Shown here piece by piece: positions 31,165 to 40,629 of a stretch of DNA of 64,000 bases. Position 1 is the stretch's first letter. The number at the start of each line of letters is the position of its first letter. Below the pieces are notes generated by a model that searched no databases, was not told the DNA's origin, and was given only the letters and a program-made list of their open reading frames with translations. Origin of the DNA: an uncultured Geminicoccaceae bacterium (lineage in GTDB: Bacteria > Pseudomonadota > Alphaproteobacteria > Geminicoccales > Geminicoccaceae); contig CAYWSB010000001.1 of NCBI GenBank assembly GCA_964460465.1, positions 14,577 to 78,576 of the forward strand, in the 5' to 3' direction. Position numbers and translations under genes: made by a program.

Positions 31165-31247
31165 GCGGGCGGCGCGGCAAGAGTGGCGCTCGACCGATCC
31201 GCGGCGTAGGAGCGACGCCGGGGCCCGCGCCCTGGGGAGTGCCTCGC

Positions 31248-31844
31248 TTGAGCATCGTCTACTATCTGTCGCATCCGGAGGTGACCATCGACCCGGCCGT
31301 CGCCGTGCCTGACTGGGGCCTTTCGGCCGTGGGCCGGCTTCGGCTGCTGGCAGTGCACGGCGCCGCCTGGCTCCTGTCCTGCCGGCGCATCGTCAGCAGT
31401 GCCGAGCGCAAGGCGGTGGAGACGGCGGCGCTGATCGCCGAGGCCTCGGGTGCCGCCGTCGAGGTGCGATCGGCGATGCACGAGAACGACCGTTCGGCAA
31501 CCGGCTTCCTGCCGCCGGCCGAGTTCGAGTTCATGGCCGACCGGTTCTTTGCCGAGCCCGAGCGCTCGGTGCGGGGCTGGGAGCGGGCGGTGGATGCCCA
31601 GGCGCGCATCCGGGGCGAGTTCGACGCCGTGCTGGACGGCCACGATCCGGCCCGGCCACTGCTGCTGGTCGGCCATGGCAGGGTCGGCACGCTCCTCTAC
31701 TGCGCGCTAGCGGGACGACCCATCGACCGGCGCTTCGATCAGGCCCGGGCCGGCAGCGTCATCGCCATCGACCTTCCCGGGCGGCGGCCGCGCTTCGGCT
31801 GGACGTCGATGGAGGAGGTGGCCGCGCGCCTCGCCGCCGGTTGA
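31248..31844 (+). CDS. histidine phosphatase (phosphoglycerate mutase-like) family protein
   Basis: YYLSHPEV N-terminus (RHG-like position), LVGHGRV motif; TTG start with GGGGAG 8 nt upstream. Confidence 0.6.
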   Translation: MSIVYYLSHPEVTIDPAVAVPDWGLSAVGRLRLLAVHGAAWLLSCRRIVSSAERKAVETAALIAEASGAAVEVRSAMHENDRSATGFLPPAEFEFMADRFFAEPERSVRGWERAVDAQARIRGEFDAVLDGHDPARPLLLVGHGRVGTLLYCALAGRPIDRRFDQARAGSVIAIDLPGRRPRFGWTSMEEVAARLAAG

Positions 31845-31992
31845 CCGGTCCCTTCCGGGCTTCCAGTGGCTCCGCTCCCGTCTTGCGATCTGCCCCTTGC
31901 GGCGACCGGCCGGGGGGCGTATCCGAACCCGCCCCGGTGCGGCACGGTTCTTCGTGCCCGGCAGTCGGCAGGGTCGAGGAACCTACCAGACG

Positions 31993-33183
31993 ATGAACGG
32001 CTCGGTCTGCGCCGACGCGGCGTCGCCGGTCGCCATGCGGCGCGACGCGGCGACCTGGCACGGCTACCTCCTGCTCGGCTTCTTCACCTACCTGCTCAAC
32101 ATCCAAGGCAACATCCTGCCCTACCTCCAGGCCGAGCTGGCGCTCGGCTACGGCACCGCGGCGCTGCACGCCTCGGCCATCGCCCTGGGCATGATCCTGA
32201 CCGGGCTGACGGGCGAGCGCCTGATCGCCCGGCTCGGCCGCGGGCCGGCGCTGGCCCTGGGTGGGCTCGGCGCGGGGCTCGGTGCCGTCCTGCTCTGCCT
32301 CGCACCCGCCGCCTGGCTGAGCATCCCGGCCTGCTTCCTCTTGGGCCTCGCCGGCAGCCTGATCCCGTCCGTGGTGCCGGCGATGCTGGCGGAGATCCAC
32401 GGCCGCCACCGCGACCGGGCGCTGGCCGAGGTCGGTGCCGCCTGCTACGCCTTCGCGGTCGTGGCCCCGCTGGCCATGGGGGCGACGCTCGCCCTCGGGC
32501 TTGGCTGGCGCGGTGCGGTGCTGGCCGGGGTGGCCACGGGCGGGGCGATCCTTTTGGCCGGCCGCAGGGCGGAGGTGCCCGAGGGCTCGCCTGGCGCAGC
32601 GCACGCCCCGGCCAAGCTGCCGCTCGGCTACTGGGCCTACTGGCTCCTGCTCGCCCTCGTCGTCGCCGTCGAGTTCAGCGTGCTGCTCTGGGCGCCGGCC
32701 TATCTCGAGCGGGTGGTGGGACTGGCGCCGGCGGCGGCCGCCGGGCTGGCGGCGGTCTTCGCGGCGGCGATGCTGGTCGGCAGGCTCGCCGGCAGTGCCC
32801 TCGTCGGCCGGCTCGACCCGCGGCCACTCTACGTGGCGGCGCTGCTGGTGACGCTGGCGGGCTTCGCCCTCTACTGGCTGGCGGCCCTGCCCTGGCTCGC
32901 GGTGTTGGGGCTGGCTATCCTGGGGCTGGGCGCAGCACTGCTCTATCCGCTGACCCTCGGCTTGGCACTCGAGGCGGCGGGGCCGCTCGCTGCGGCCGCC
33001 AGCGCGCGCTTCATGCTGGCGGTCGGGCTGGCCATCCTGGTCGCTCCCTTTGCCCTGGGTGCGCTGGCCGATCGCGTTGGCCTCGCCCATGCCCATCTCG
33101 TCATCCCGGCGCTCGTCCTGGGAGCGCTGGTCGTGCTCGGCGCGGCCCGGCGGCTGGACCGCCGGCATCTGGTAGGCGACTGA
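31993..33183 (+). CDS. MFS transporter, substrate unknown
   Basis: 12 predicted TM helices; ATG 31993 chosen, ATG 32035 is an alternative. Confidence 0.75.
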   Translation: MNGSVCADAASPVAMRRDAATWHGYLLLGFFTYLLNIQGNILPYLQAELALGYGTAALHASAIALGMILTGLTGERLIARLGRGPALALGGLGAGLGAVLLCLAPAAWLSIPACFLLGLAGSLIPSVVPAMLAEIHGRHRDRALAEVGAACYAFAVVAPLAMGATLALGLGWRGAVLAGVATGGAILLAGRRAEVPEGSPGAAHAPAKLPLGYWAYWLLLALVVAVEFSVLLWAPAYLERVVGLAPAAAAGLAAVFAAAMLVGRLAGSALVGRLDPRPLYVAALLVTLAGFALYWLAALPWLAVLGLAILGLGAALLYPLTLGLALEAAGPLAAAASARFMLAVGLAILVAPFALGALADRVGLAHAHLVIPALVLGALVVLGAARRLDRRHLVGD

Positions 33184-33244
33184 GCCCTTGCGCCGGCTGC
33201 CGGCCCATGGCCATGGTCGGGGCGGCAAGAACGAGGGAGGCCCC

Positions 33245-34450
33245 ATGGCCAAGGCCTATGTCGCCGGCACGCTGGACAGCAAGCGGGCCGAGATCGCCTA
33301 TGTCCGCGACTGCCTGGAGGCGGTGGGGGTCGCCACCCGGCTGGTCGATCTCGGCACGAGTGGTGCGGACGTGGCGGGTGCGGACGTGGCGGCGGCCGAG
33401 GTCGCGCGCCACCACCCGGACGGGGCCGCGGCGGTCTTCACCGGCGATCGCGGCACGGCGGTGGCCGCCATGGCCGAGGCGTTCCGGGCCTACGTGCTGA
33501 CCCGGACGGATCTCGGCGGGCTCATCGGGGCGGGGGGCTCGGGCAATACCTCGCTGGTCGCCCCGGCGATGCGCGCCCTGCCCGTGGGGCTGCCCAAGGT
33601 GCTGGTCTCGACCGTGGCCTCGGGCAACGTCGCCCCCTACGTGGGGCCGGCGGACATCACCATGGTCCATGCCGTGGCCGATGTGCAGGGCCTCAATGCC
33701 ATCACCCGCAGGGTGCTGGGCAACGCCGCGCATGCGCTGGCCGGGATGATGCGCCATCCGATTCCCCCGCCCGCCGAGGGCCCCAAGCCGGCCATCGGCC
33801 TTACCATGTTCGGCGTCACCACGGCTTGCGTGCAGGCGGTGACCAGGGCGCTGGAGGCGGAGCACGACTGCCTCGTCTTTCACGCCACGGGCACTGGCGG
33901 GCAGAGTCTCGAGAAGCTGGTCGAGAGCGGCCTCGTCAAGGCGATGCTGGACCTGACCACAACGGAGATCGCCGATCTCCTCGTGGGCGGGGTGATGCCG
34001 GCGACCGAAGGCCGGCTCGAGGCCGTGATCAAGACCGGCGTGCCGTATGTGGGCTCGGTGGGGGCGCTGGACATGGTCAATTTCGGGCCGGTCGCCACGG
34101 TCCCGGAGCGCTTCCACGACCGCCGGCTGTACATCCACAACCCCAACGTCACCCTGATGCGCACGACCCCGGAGGAGAACGCCCGGATCGCCCGCTGGCT
34201 GGCGGCCAGGCTCAACCGGATGACCGGCCCGGTACGCTTCCTGTTGCCCGAGGGCGGGGTGTCGGCGATCGACGTCGAGGGGGCACCCTTCTTCGACCCG
34301 CGCGCCGACCAGGCGCTGTTCGAGACGCTCGAGGCGGCGTTCGTGCCGGCGGCCAACCGTCGCCTCGTCCGGGTCCCGGCCGCGATCAACGATCCCGTCT
34401 TCGCCGCCGCCGTGGTCGCCGCCTTTCGCGACATCACCAAGGGAGCCTGA
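33245..34450 (+). CDS. UPF0261 / Tm-1-like ATP-binding domain protein
   Basis: MAKAYVAGTLDSKRAEIAYVRDCLEAVG...LVDLGT, GGSGNTSL and other family-typical blocks; GAGGGAGG RBS. Confidence 0.8.
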   Translation: MAKAYVAGTLDSKRAEIAYVRDCLEAVGVATRLVDLGTSGADVAGADVAAAEVARHHPDGAAAVFTGDRGTAVAAMAEAFRAYVLTRTDLGGLIGAGGSGNTSLVAPAMRALPVGLPKVLVSTVASGNVAPYVGPADITMVHAVADVQGLNAITRRVLGNAAHALAGMMRHPIPPPAEGPKPAIGLTMFGVTTACVQAVTRALEAEHDCLVFHATGTGGQSLEKLVESGLVKAMLDLTTTEIADLLVGGVMPATEGRLEAVIKTGVPYVGSVGALDMVNFGPVATVPERFHDRRLYIHNPNVTLMRTTPEENARIARWLAARLNRMTGPVRFLLPEGGVSAIDVEGAPFFDPRADQALFETLEAAFVPAANRRLVRVPAAINDPVFAAAVVAAFRDITKGA

Positions 34451-34453
34451 GCC

Positions 34454-35299
34454 ATGCCGCGTTTCGCCCGCGAAGCCCTGATGGAGCGGTTCCGCGACAT
34501 GGCGCGCCGCCGCGTGCCGATCGTCGGCGGCGGCGCCGGCACCGGCCTCTCGGCCAAGTGCGAGGAGGCGGGTGGCATCGACCTCATCGTCATCTACAAT
34601 TCCGGCCGCTACCGGATGGCCGGCCGCGGCTCGCTCGCCGGGCTGCTCGCCTACGGCAACGCCAACGAGATCGTCGTCGAGATGGCGCGCGAGGTGCTGC
34701 CGGTGGTCCAGCGGACGCCGGTCCTGGCCGGGGTCAACGGCACCGATCCGTTCATGCTCCGCGACCGTTTCCTCGACGAGCTCGCCGGGCTCGGCTTCTC
34801 CGGCATCCAGAACTTCCCGACCGTGGGCCTGTTCGACGGCGTCTTCCGGCAGAACCTCGAGGAGACCGGGATGGGCTACGGGCTCGAGGTCGAGCTGATC
34901 GTCGCCGCGCGGGCGCGGAACCTCCTGACCACGCCCTATGTTTTCTCGCGCGACGAGGCCGTCGCCATGGCCAAGGCCGGGGCGGACATCATCGTGCCGC
35001 ACATGGGTCTGACGACGGGTGGCACGATCGGTGCAGAGACGGCGCTGGCGCTGGCGGACTGCCCGGCGCTGATCGACGAGTGGGCCATGGCGGCGATGGA
35101 CGTGAACCCCGATATCCTGGTGCTCTGCCACGGCGGGCCCATCGCCATGCCGGCGGAGGCGGCCTTTGTCCTGGCGCACACCCGGCATTGCCACGGCTTC
35201 TACGGTGCTTCATCCATGGAGCGCCTGCCCACGGAGCAGGCACTCACAGCGCAGGTGGAGGCGTTCAAGGCGATCGGCTTCGCCGACAGGGCAGGGTGA
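34454..35299 (+). CDS. phosphoenolpyruvate hydrolase-like TIM-barrel family protein
   Basis: [52 protein letters not shown]...[10 protein letters not shown]...[13 protein letters not shown], the conserved partner of UPF0261 proteins. Confidence 0.8.
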   Translation: MPRFAREALMERFRDMARRRVPIVGGGAGTGLSAKCEEAGGIDLIVIYNSGRYRMAGRGSLAGLLAYGNANEIVVEMAREVLPVVQRTPVLAGVNGTDPFMLRDRFLDELAGLGFSGIQNFPTVGLFDGVFRQNLEETGMGYGLEVELIVAARARNLLTTPYVFSRDEAVAMAKAGADIIVPHMGLTTGGTIGAETALALADCPALIDEWAMAAMDVNPDILVLCHGGPIAMPAEAAFVLAHTRHCHGFYGASSMERLPTEQALTAQVEAFKAIGFADRAG

Positions 35300-35686
35300 A
35301 TGACGGACAGGGTCGGAATTCTCATCGTCTCCCACTCCGCCAAGGTGGCCGAGGGGACGGTGGACATGGTGCGGCAGATGGTCGGCGACGAGGTCGCCTG
35401 CGCCGGAGTCGGCGGCAACCCGGAAGGTGGGCTCGGCGTCGACGTCGCCGCCATCCTGGCCGGGATCCAGCAGGTCTGGTCGCCGGCCGGCGTCGCCGTC
35501 CTGGTCGACCTCGGCGGGGCCGAGATGAACAGCGACATGGCAATCGAGATGCTGGATGAGGCGCGGCGGCCGCTGGTGCGGGTCTGCGCGGCACCGATCG
35601 TCGAGGGAGCGGTGATCGCCGCCACCGAGGCTTCCGCCGGCAGCTCCCTCGACGAGGTGGTGGCGGCGGCCGAGGAGATGGGCTGA
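35300..35686 (+). CDS. EIIA(Man)-like phosphotransfer protein (DhaM N-terminal domain type)
   Basis: GILIVSHSAKVAEG (phospho-His context), VLVDLGGAEMN, CAAPIVEGAV match the DhaM N-domain; ATG directly abuts the upstream stop (TGAATG). Confidence 0.8.
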   Translation: MTDRVGILIVSHSAKVAEGTVDMVRQMVGDEVACAGVGGNPEGGLGVDVAAILAGIQQVWSPAGVAVLVDLGGAEMNSDMAIEMLDEARRPLVRVCAAPIVEGAVIAATEASAGSSLDEVVAAAEEMG

Positions 35687-35967
35687 TGACGGTGACGACG
35701 GCACGGCTGACCATCACCCATCCGACCGGGCTGCACGCCCGGCCCGCGGTCAAGCTCACCAAGCTCGCCAAGACCTTCCCGGCCGAGATCCGGCTCAGGC
35801 CGCTGCCGGACGGTACGTGGATCGACGCCAAGAGCATCGTCAAGGTGATGGCGCTGAAGCTCCGGACCGGCACCGAGATCGAGGTCGAGGCGGCGGGCGA
35901 AGCGGCCGCTGCCGCGATCGAGGCCCTGAGCGGCCTCGTCGTGCGGAACTTCGACGAGGATGGCTGA
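35686..35967 (+). CDS. HPr-family phosphocarrier protein
   Basis: THPTGLHARPA (His-15 motif), 93 aa; TGATG overlap with the EIIA-like gene. Confidence 0.85.
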   Translation: MTVTTARLTITHPTGLHARPAVKLTKLAKTFPAEIRLRPLPDGTWIDAKSIVKVMALKLRTGTEIEVEAAGEAAAAAIEALSGLVVRNFDEDG

Positions 35968-37549
35968 ACGGCGCTACCCGGGCCGGATCGCGGCACCGGG
36001 CCTGGCCCGGGGTCCGCTGGTCCACCTGCCCGAGCCGCGCGCCCCGGCTCCGATCGACGCTGCCGTTGCCGATCCGGACGGAGAGCGGGCGCGGCTGACG
36101 GCGGCCCTTGCCGCCGCGCGGTCGGCGCTCGACGCTCTCGCCGGCAGGGTGGACGACATGGCCGGGGAGATCCTCGGTTTTCAGCTCGAGATGCTGGACG
36201 ATCCGGCGCTCGCCGAGACCGCCTTCGCGGCGATCGCGGCGGGCACCGCGGCGACCGCCGCCTGGCGGGCGGCACTGGACGAGCAGATCGCCGTCTTTCT
36301 CGCCGACGACGACGGCTATTTCCGGGCCCGGGCAGCGGACCTCGCCGATCTGCGCGACCGCGTGCATGCGGTGCTCGAGGGTGCCGGCGGCGAGGTCCAG
36401 GCCCTGCCCGAGGGCGCCATCCTCCACGCCCACGACCTCTCACCGTCGCGCTTCCTCGCCTTCGACTGGCCGAGGCTCGGTGGTGCGGCCCTCGTCAACG
36501 GCAGTGCCGCCGGCCATGTGGCGATGCTCGCCCGGGCCCGTGGCGTGCCGCTCCTCGTCGGTCTCGGTGAGGTGGCGGCAGGGGCCGGCGAAGCGGTGCT
36601 GGACGCGCTGGCCGGGCAGCTCGTCGTCGCCCCCTCCCCGCGGACGGCCGCCGCCTATGCCGAGCGGCTGGACGCGGCGAGGGCGGAGGCCGCGGCGGCG
36701 GCCGCGGCGCTCGCCCGGCCGGCGGTGACCGCGAACGGCCAGGCGATCACGGTGATGGTCAATGTCGACGATCCCGATGCCGTGCCCGACGACCTCTTGC
36801 GGGCGAGCGACGGGGTCGGCCTCTTGCGCACCGAGTTCCTGTTCATGAGCCGACCTCGCCTGCCGGACGAGGCGGCGCAGCACCGGGTCTATCGGCGGCT
36901 CCTCGAGCGACTGGGTGGCCGCCCGCTGGTGCTGCGCACGCTCGACATCGGCGGCGACAAGCCGCTCGCCGGCCTCAACCTGCCGCCCGAGGCCAACCCC
37001 TTCCTGGGCCTGCGCGGTCTGCGCCTGTGCCTCGCCATGCCTGAGCTCTTCCGGCCGCAGCTCCGGGCGGCGATCAGGGCGGCGGCGGCAGGGCCGCTCT
37101 CGATCATGCTGCCAATGGTGAGCCGGGCGGCCGAGGTCGCGGCGGCGCGTGCCATCCTGGCGGCCGAGGCCGCCGACCTCAACCTGCCGGTGCCACCGCT
37201 CGGGATCATGGTCGAGACTCCGGCGGCGGCCCTGGCGCTGGACGCGATGCCGATCGATTTCGCCTCGATCGGCTCCAACGATCTGACCCAGTACGTCATG
37301 GCGGCAGCCCGCGACGGGGTGGGCCCCGTGGCCGATCTGGTCGATCCGCTCGACCCGGCGGTGCTGCGGCTGATCGGGCTCGTGGTCGAGGCAGCGGCGG
37401 CGCGCGGGTTGCCGCTCTCGCTCTGCGGCGACATGGCGTCCGACCGGGCCGGGCTCGAGGCGCTGCTGGCGCTGGGCCTCACGCGCATCTCCGTGGCCCC
37501 GGCGGCGCTGGGCCGGGTCAAGCTGTGGATCGACCGCTACAACCGCTGA
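35960..37549 (+). CDS. PEP-protein phosphotransferase (Enzyme I family)
   Basis: GGAALVNGSAAGHVAMLARARGVP (phospho-His), LLRTEFLF, SIGSNDLTQY motifs; 8-nt overlap with HPr. Confidence 0.85.
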   Translation: MAERRYPGRIAAPGLARGPLVHLPEPRAPAPIDAAVADPDGERARLTAALAAARSALDALAGRVDDMAGEILGFQLEMLDDPALAETAFAAIAAGTAATAAWRAALDEQIAVFLADDDGYFRARAADLADLRDRVHAVLEGAGGEVQALPEGAILHAHDLSPSRFLAFDWPRLGGAALVNGSAAGHVAMLARARGVPLLVGLGEVAAGAGEAVLDALAGQLVVAPSPRTAAAYAERLDAARAEAAAAAAALARPAVTANGQAITVMVNVDDPDAVPDDLLRASDGVGLLRTEFLFMSRPRLPDEAAQHRVYRRLLERLGGRPLVLRTLDIGGDKPLAGLNLPPEANPFLGLRGLRLCLAMPELFRPQLRAAIRAAAAGPLSIMLPMVSRAAEVAAARAILAAEAADLNLPVPPLGIMVETPAAALALDAMPIDFASIGSNDLTQYVMAAARDGVGPVADLVDPLDPAVLRLIGLVVEAAAARGLPLSLCGDMASDRAGLEALLALGLTRISVAPAALGRVKLWIDRYNR

Positions 37550-37658
37550 TTTTCGCCGGCCAGAACGGCGCTGCCACGCGACCTTGGCTGTGCCGGCCGC
37601 ATTTCACTGGTAGGGTCGCGCTCATTCGACCCAGCCGAACACAACGAGGAGACGCCTC

Positions 37659-38066
37659 ATGAAAATGTTCGACGGCATGCGGCGGGGCTTGGCCCAGCTT
37701 GCGATCGTGCTCGTGCTCGTGGCCAGCCTGCCCGTGGGCGTGGTCCAGGCCGGGCTGGTCTCGACCGACAGCGTGATCGCCGACACCTTCGGCGTCGACG
37801 AGACCCGCGCCCGGGTCGAGGCGTTCATGGCCCGCGACGAGGTCAGGGCTCAGTTCGCCGCCATGGGCGTCGATGCGCGCGAGGCCGAGCAGCGGATCGC
37901 CGCGCTGAGCGACGCCGAGATCGAGCGGATCGCCGGCCAGCTCGACCAGCTCCCGGCCGGCGAGGGCATTCTGACGGCCATCGCCATCACCGCTGGCGTC
38001 ATCCTGATCATCCTGATCATCACCGACATTGCCGGCATCACCAACGTCTTCACCTTCATCAAGTAG
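37659..38066 (+). CDS. PA2779-like small secreted/anchored protein
   Basis: Signal peptide, charged helical middle (ARVEAFMARDEVRAQFAAMGVDAREAEQRIAALSDAEIERIAGQL), C-terminal hydrophobic helix ILTAIAITAGVILIILIITDIAG; GAGGAGA RBS. Confidence 0.6.
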   Translation: MKMFDGMRRGLAQLAIVLVLVASLPVGVVQAGLVSTDSVIADTFGVDETRARVEAFMARDEVRAQFAAMGVDAREAEQRIAALSDAEIERIAGQLDQLPAGEGILTAIAITAGVILIILIITDIAGITNVFTFIK

Positions 38067-38106
38067 GCTCACGAGCCCGTTGCCCGGTCGGCTGCCGCGG
38101 GCGTCC

Positions 38107-39015
38107 ATGGGGCGCGGCCGGCGGTCCCGCCTTGCCGGTGCCTTGCTGGCGCTCGCCCTGACGGCTGCGTGCACGACTGCGCCGGGCCTGCCGCCGCCGG
38201 GCGATCCGAGCCTCGGCGCCCTGCCGGTGGCCGAGGCGGTGGCGGGGGTGCCGTTCTTCCCGCAGGACGACTACTATTGCGGGCCGGCGGCGCTCGCCAT
38301 GGTGCTCGCCTGGTCGGGGCACGAGGTCACCCAGGACGACCTCGTGCCCGTGGTCTACACGCCGGGCCGGCAGGGCACGCTGCAGGCCGACATCCTCGCC
38401 GGTGCGCGCCGCTACGGCCGGCTCGCCGTCCCGGTGGGCACGGTGCCGGACCTCCTGGCCGAGCTCGCCGCCGGCCACCCGGTGCTGGTCTTCCAGAACC
38501 TCGCCTTGCCCGTCTGGCCGCAATGGCACTATGCCGTGGCCACCGGCTACGACCTGGACGAGCGGCGGCTGCGGCTGCATTCGGGGCGCATCGCCGACGA
38601 CACGACGCATCTCGCCACCTTCACCCGGACCTGGGCCCGGGGCGGCTACTGGGCGCTGGTCGTGCTGCCGCCGGACCGCCTGCCGGCGACGGCCGGCGAG
38701 CGGGCGGTGCTCGAGGCGGCGGCGGCGCTCGAGCGGGCCGAACGCCCGGCCGAGGCGGCCACTGCCTACGCCACGATCCTGACCCGCTGGCCGGCGAGCC
38801 TGCCGGGCTGGATCGGGCTTGGCAACGCCGCCTACGCCACCGGCGACAGGCACCGCGCCGCCGCCGCCTTCAGGAGCGCGGCCGAGCGGCATCCAGGCTC
38901 GGTGGCGGCCTGGCGCAACCTGGCCTTCGTGCTCGGCGAGCTCGGCGACGCTGCCGGTGCGGAAGAGGCCACCGCCAGGGCCGAGGCGCTGGTCGCCGCG
39001 CCGGCCGAGGGCTGA
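38107..39015 (+). CDS. PA2778-like C39-type cysteine peptidase with C-terminal TPR region, probable lipoprotein
   Basis: LALTAAC lipobox-like signal, QDDYYCGPAALAMVL (catalytic Cys context), WHYAVATGYD (His), TPR-like repeats in the C-terminal third. Confidence 0.65.
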   Translation: MGRGRRSRLAGALLALALTAACTTAPGLPPPGDPSLGALPVAEAVAGVPFFPQDDYYCGPAALAMVLAWSGHEVTQDDLVPVVYTPGRQGTLQADILAGARRYGRLAVPVGTVPDLLAELAAGHPVLVFQNLALPVWPQWHYAVATGYDLDERRLRLHSGRIADDTTHLATFTRTWARGGYWALVVLPPDRLPATAGERAVLEAAAALERAERPAEAATAYATILTRWPASLPGWIGLGNAAYATGDRHRAAAAFRSAAERHPGSVAAWRNLAFVLGELGDAAGAEEATARAEALVAAPAEG

Positions 39016-39019
39016 CCGG

Positions 39020-40477
39020 TCAGCGGCGCCAGAAGCCGGGAGTCAACAGCAGCAGCACGGTGAAGATCTCCAGCCGGCCGAGCAGCATGGCGAGGGAAAG
39101 CAGCCATTTGGCCGCATCCGGCAGCGACGCGAAGTTGCCGGCGGGACCGACGATCGGCCCGAGGCCCGGGCCGACATTGGTGATCGCCGTCGCACTGGCG
39201 CTGAGTGCGGTCACGAGGTCGAGGCCGAGGAAGCCCAGGGCCATGGTGAAGAGGCCGGTCATGCCGAGCAGCGCCGCGACAAAGGCCAGCACGGCGCTCG
39301 GCACGTCCTCGGGGAGCGGGCGGCCGCCATAGCGGACGCGCACGACCTGGTGCTGTGACGTCAGGCGCTGCAGCTTCGCCCGGATCAGTTGCCAGATGAC
39401 GAGGTGGCGGTAGACCTTGATGCCGCCCGAGGTCGAGCCGGCGCAGGCGCCGAGGAAGGTGAGGACGAAGAAGAGGGCAACGGCCCCCGGCCCCCAGAGC
39501 GTGTAGTCGGTGCTGGCGAAGCCCGTGGTCGTCACCACCGAGACGATGTTGAAGGCGGCCTGCCGGAACGCCTCCTCGACCGGCATGTCCCGGGCCAGCA
39601 CGAGCCAGACGCCGGTGGCGCCGACGACGAGCACGAAGAAGACGGCGAGCGCACGGATCTGCGGGTCGTCGACGATGGCCCGGGTGTCGCCGCGCACGAA
39701 GCGCAGATAGGCGACGAAGGGCAGCGCCCCGGCGATCATGAAGAGGGTGCCGAGCCAGTGCGTCGCCGGCCGGGTGAAATGCCCGAAGCTGGCATCGTGG
39801 GTCGAGTAGCCGCCGGTCGCGAGCGTGGTCATCGCATGGTTGATGGCGTCGAACGGCGACATCTCGACGATGCCGTAGAGCAGCGCGCACAGGATCGTGA
39901 GCCCGACATAGATGGCGCCGATGCCGGACACGAGGTGGAAGGCGCGCGGCACGATCTTGTCGGACTGCTCGGAGCTCTCGGTGCGAAAAAGCTGCATTCC
40001 GCCGATCCGTAGGAACGGCAGCAGCACGATCGCCATGACGACGATCCCGATCCCGCCGACCCATTGCAGCAGCGAGCGCCAGAGCAGGATGCCGGGCGGC
40101 AGCCCGTCGAGCCCGGCGAGCACGGTCGAGCCCGTGGTCGTCATGCCGGACATCGCCTCGAAGAACGCATCCGTGTAGCCGATGCCGAGTTGGGCGAGCG
40201 GCAAAGCGGCGAAGGCCGGCAGCACCAGCCAGGCGAGGGTGGTCAAAAGGAACGCCTGGCGCAGACCGAGCTGAAAGGGCTGGTTGTCCCGGGTGCCGAG
40301 GATGCAGAGCCCGCCAGCGAACAGCGTGGCCCCGGCGGAGACGACGAAGGAGCGCCAGTCGCTGCTGCCCTGCGCCACGTCGACCAGCGCCGGCAGCAGC
40401 ATGACGACGGCCAGGACCACCAGCAGCAGGCCCAGCGTGTGGACGATCGGCCGGAACTCGATCAAGGAGCCGTCCAT
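39020..40477 (-). CDS. trkH: Trk-type potassium uptake protein TrkH
   Basis: 485 aa polytopic protein with MTTTG, TGGYS, TTTGFA and ITNVGPG selectivity-filter-like repeats. Confidence 0.85.
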   Translation of the reverse strand: MDGSLIEFRPIVHTLGLLLVVLAVVMLLPALVDVAQGSSDWRSFVVSAGATLFAGGLCILGTRDNQPFQLGLRQAFLLTTLAWLVLPAFAALPLAQLGIGYTDAFFEAMSGMTTTGSTVLAGLDGLPPGILLWRSLLQWVGGIGIVVMAIVLLPFLRIGGMQLFRTESSEQSDKIVPRAFHLVSGIGAIYVGLTILCALLYGIVEMSPFDAINHAMTTLATGGYSTHDASFGHFTRPATHWLGTLFMIAGALPFVAYLRFVRGDTRAIVDDPQIRALAVFFVLVVGATGVWLVLARDMPVEEAFRQAAFNIVSVVTTTGFASTDYTLWGPGAVALFFVLTFLGACAGSTSGGIKVYRHLVIWQLIRAKLQRLTSQHQVVRVRYGGRPLPEDVPSAVLAFVAALLGMTGLFTMALGFLGLDLVTALSASATAITNVGPGLGPIVGPAGNFASLPDAAKWLLSLAMLLGRLEIFTVLLLLTPGFWRR

Positions 40478-40629
40478 CCGTGATTGCGGGCGCGGGATGC
40501 GCCGTCGCGCTCGTCCTGTCCAGTGAAATGATCCGGCGGCCGGGCCGAACGCCACCACCGCTGCCGACTTGCCGGCATGGCCGGATCGGCCTAAGCGGCC
40601 TGCCAGCGTCACCCTGAAGGGACCCACTC

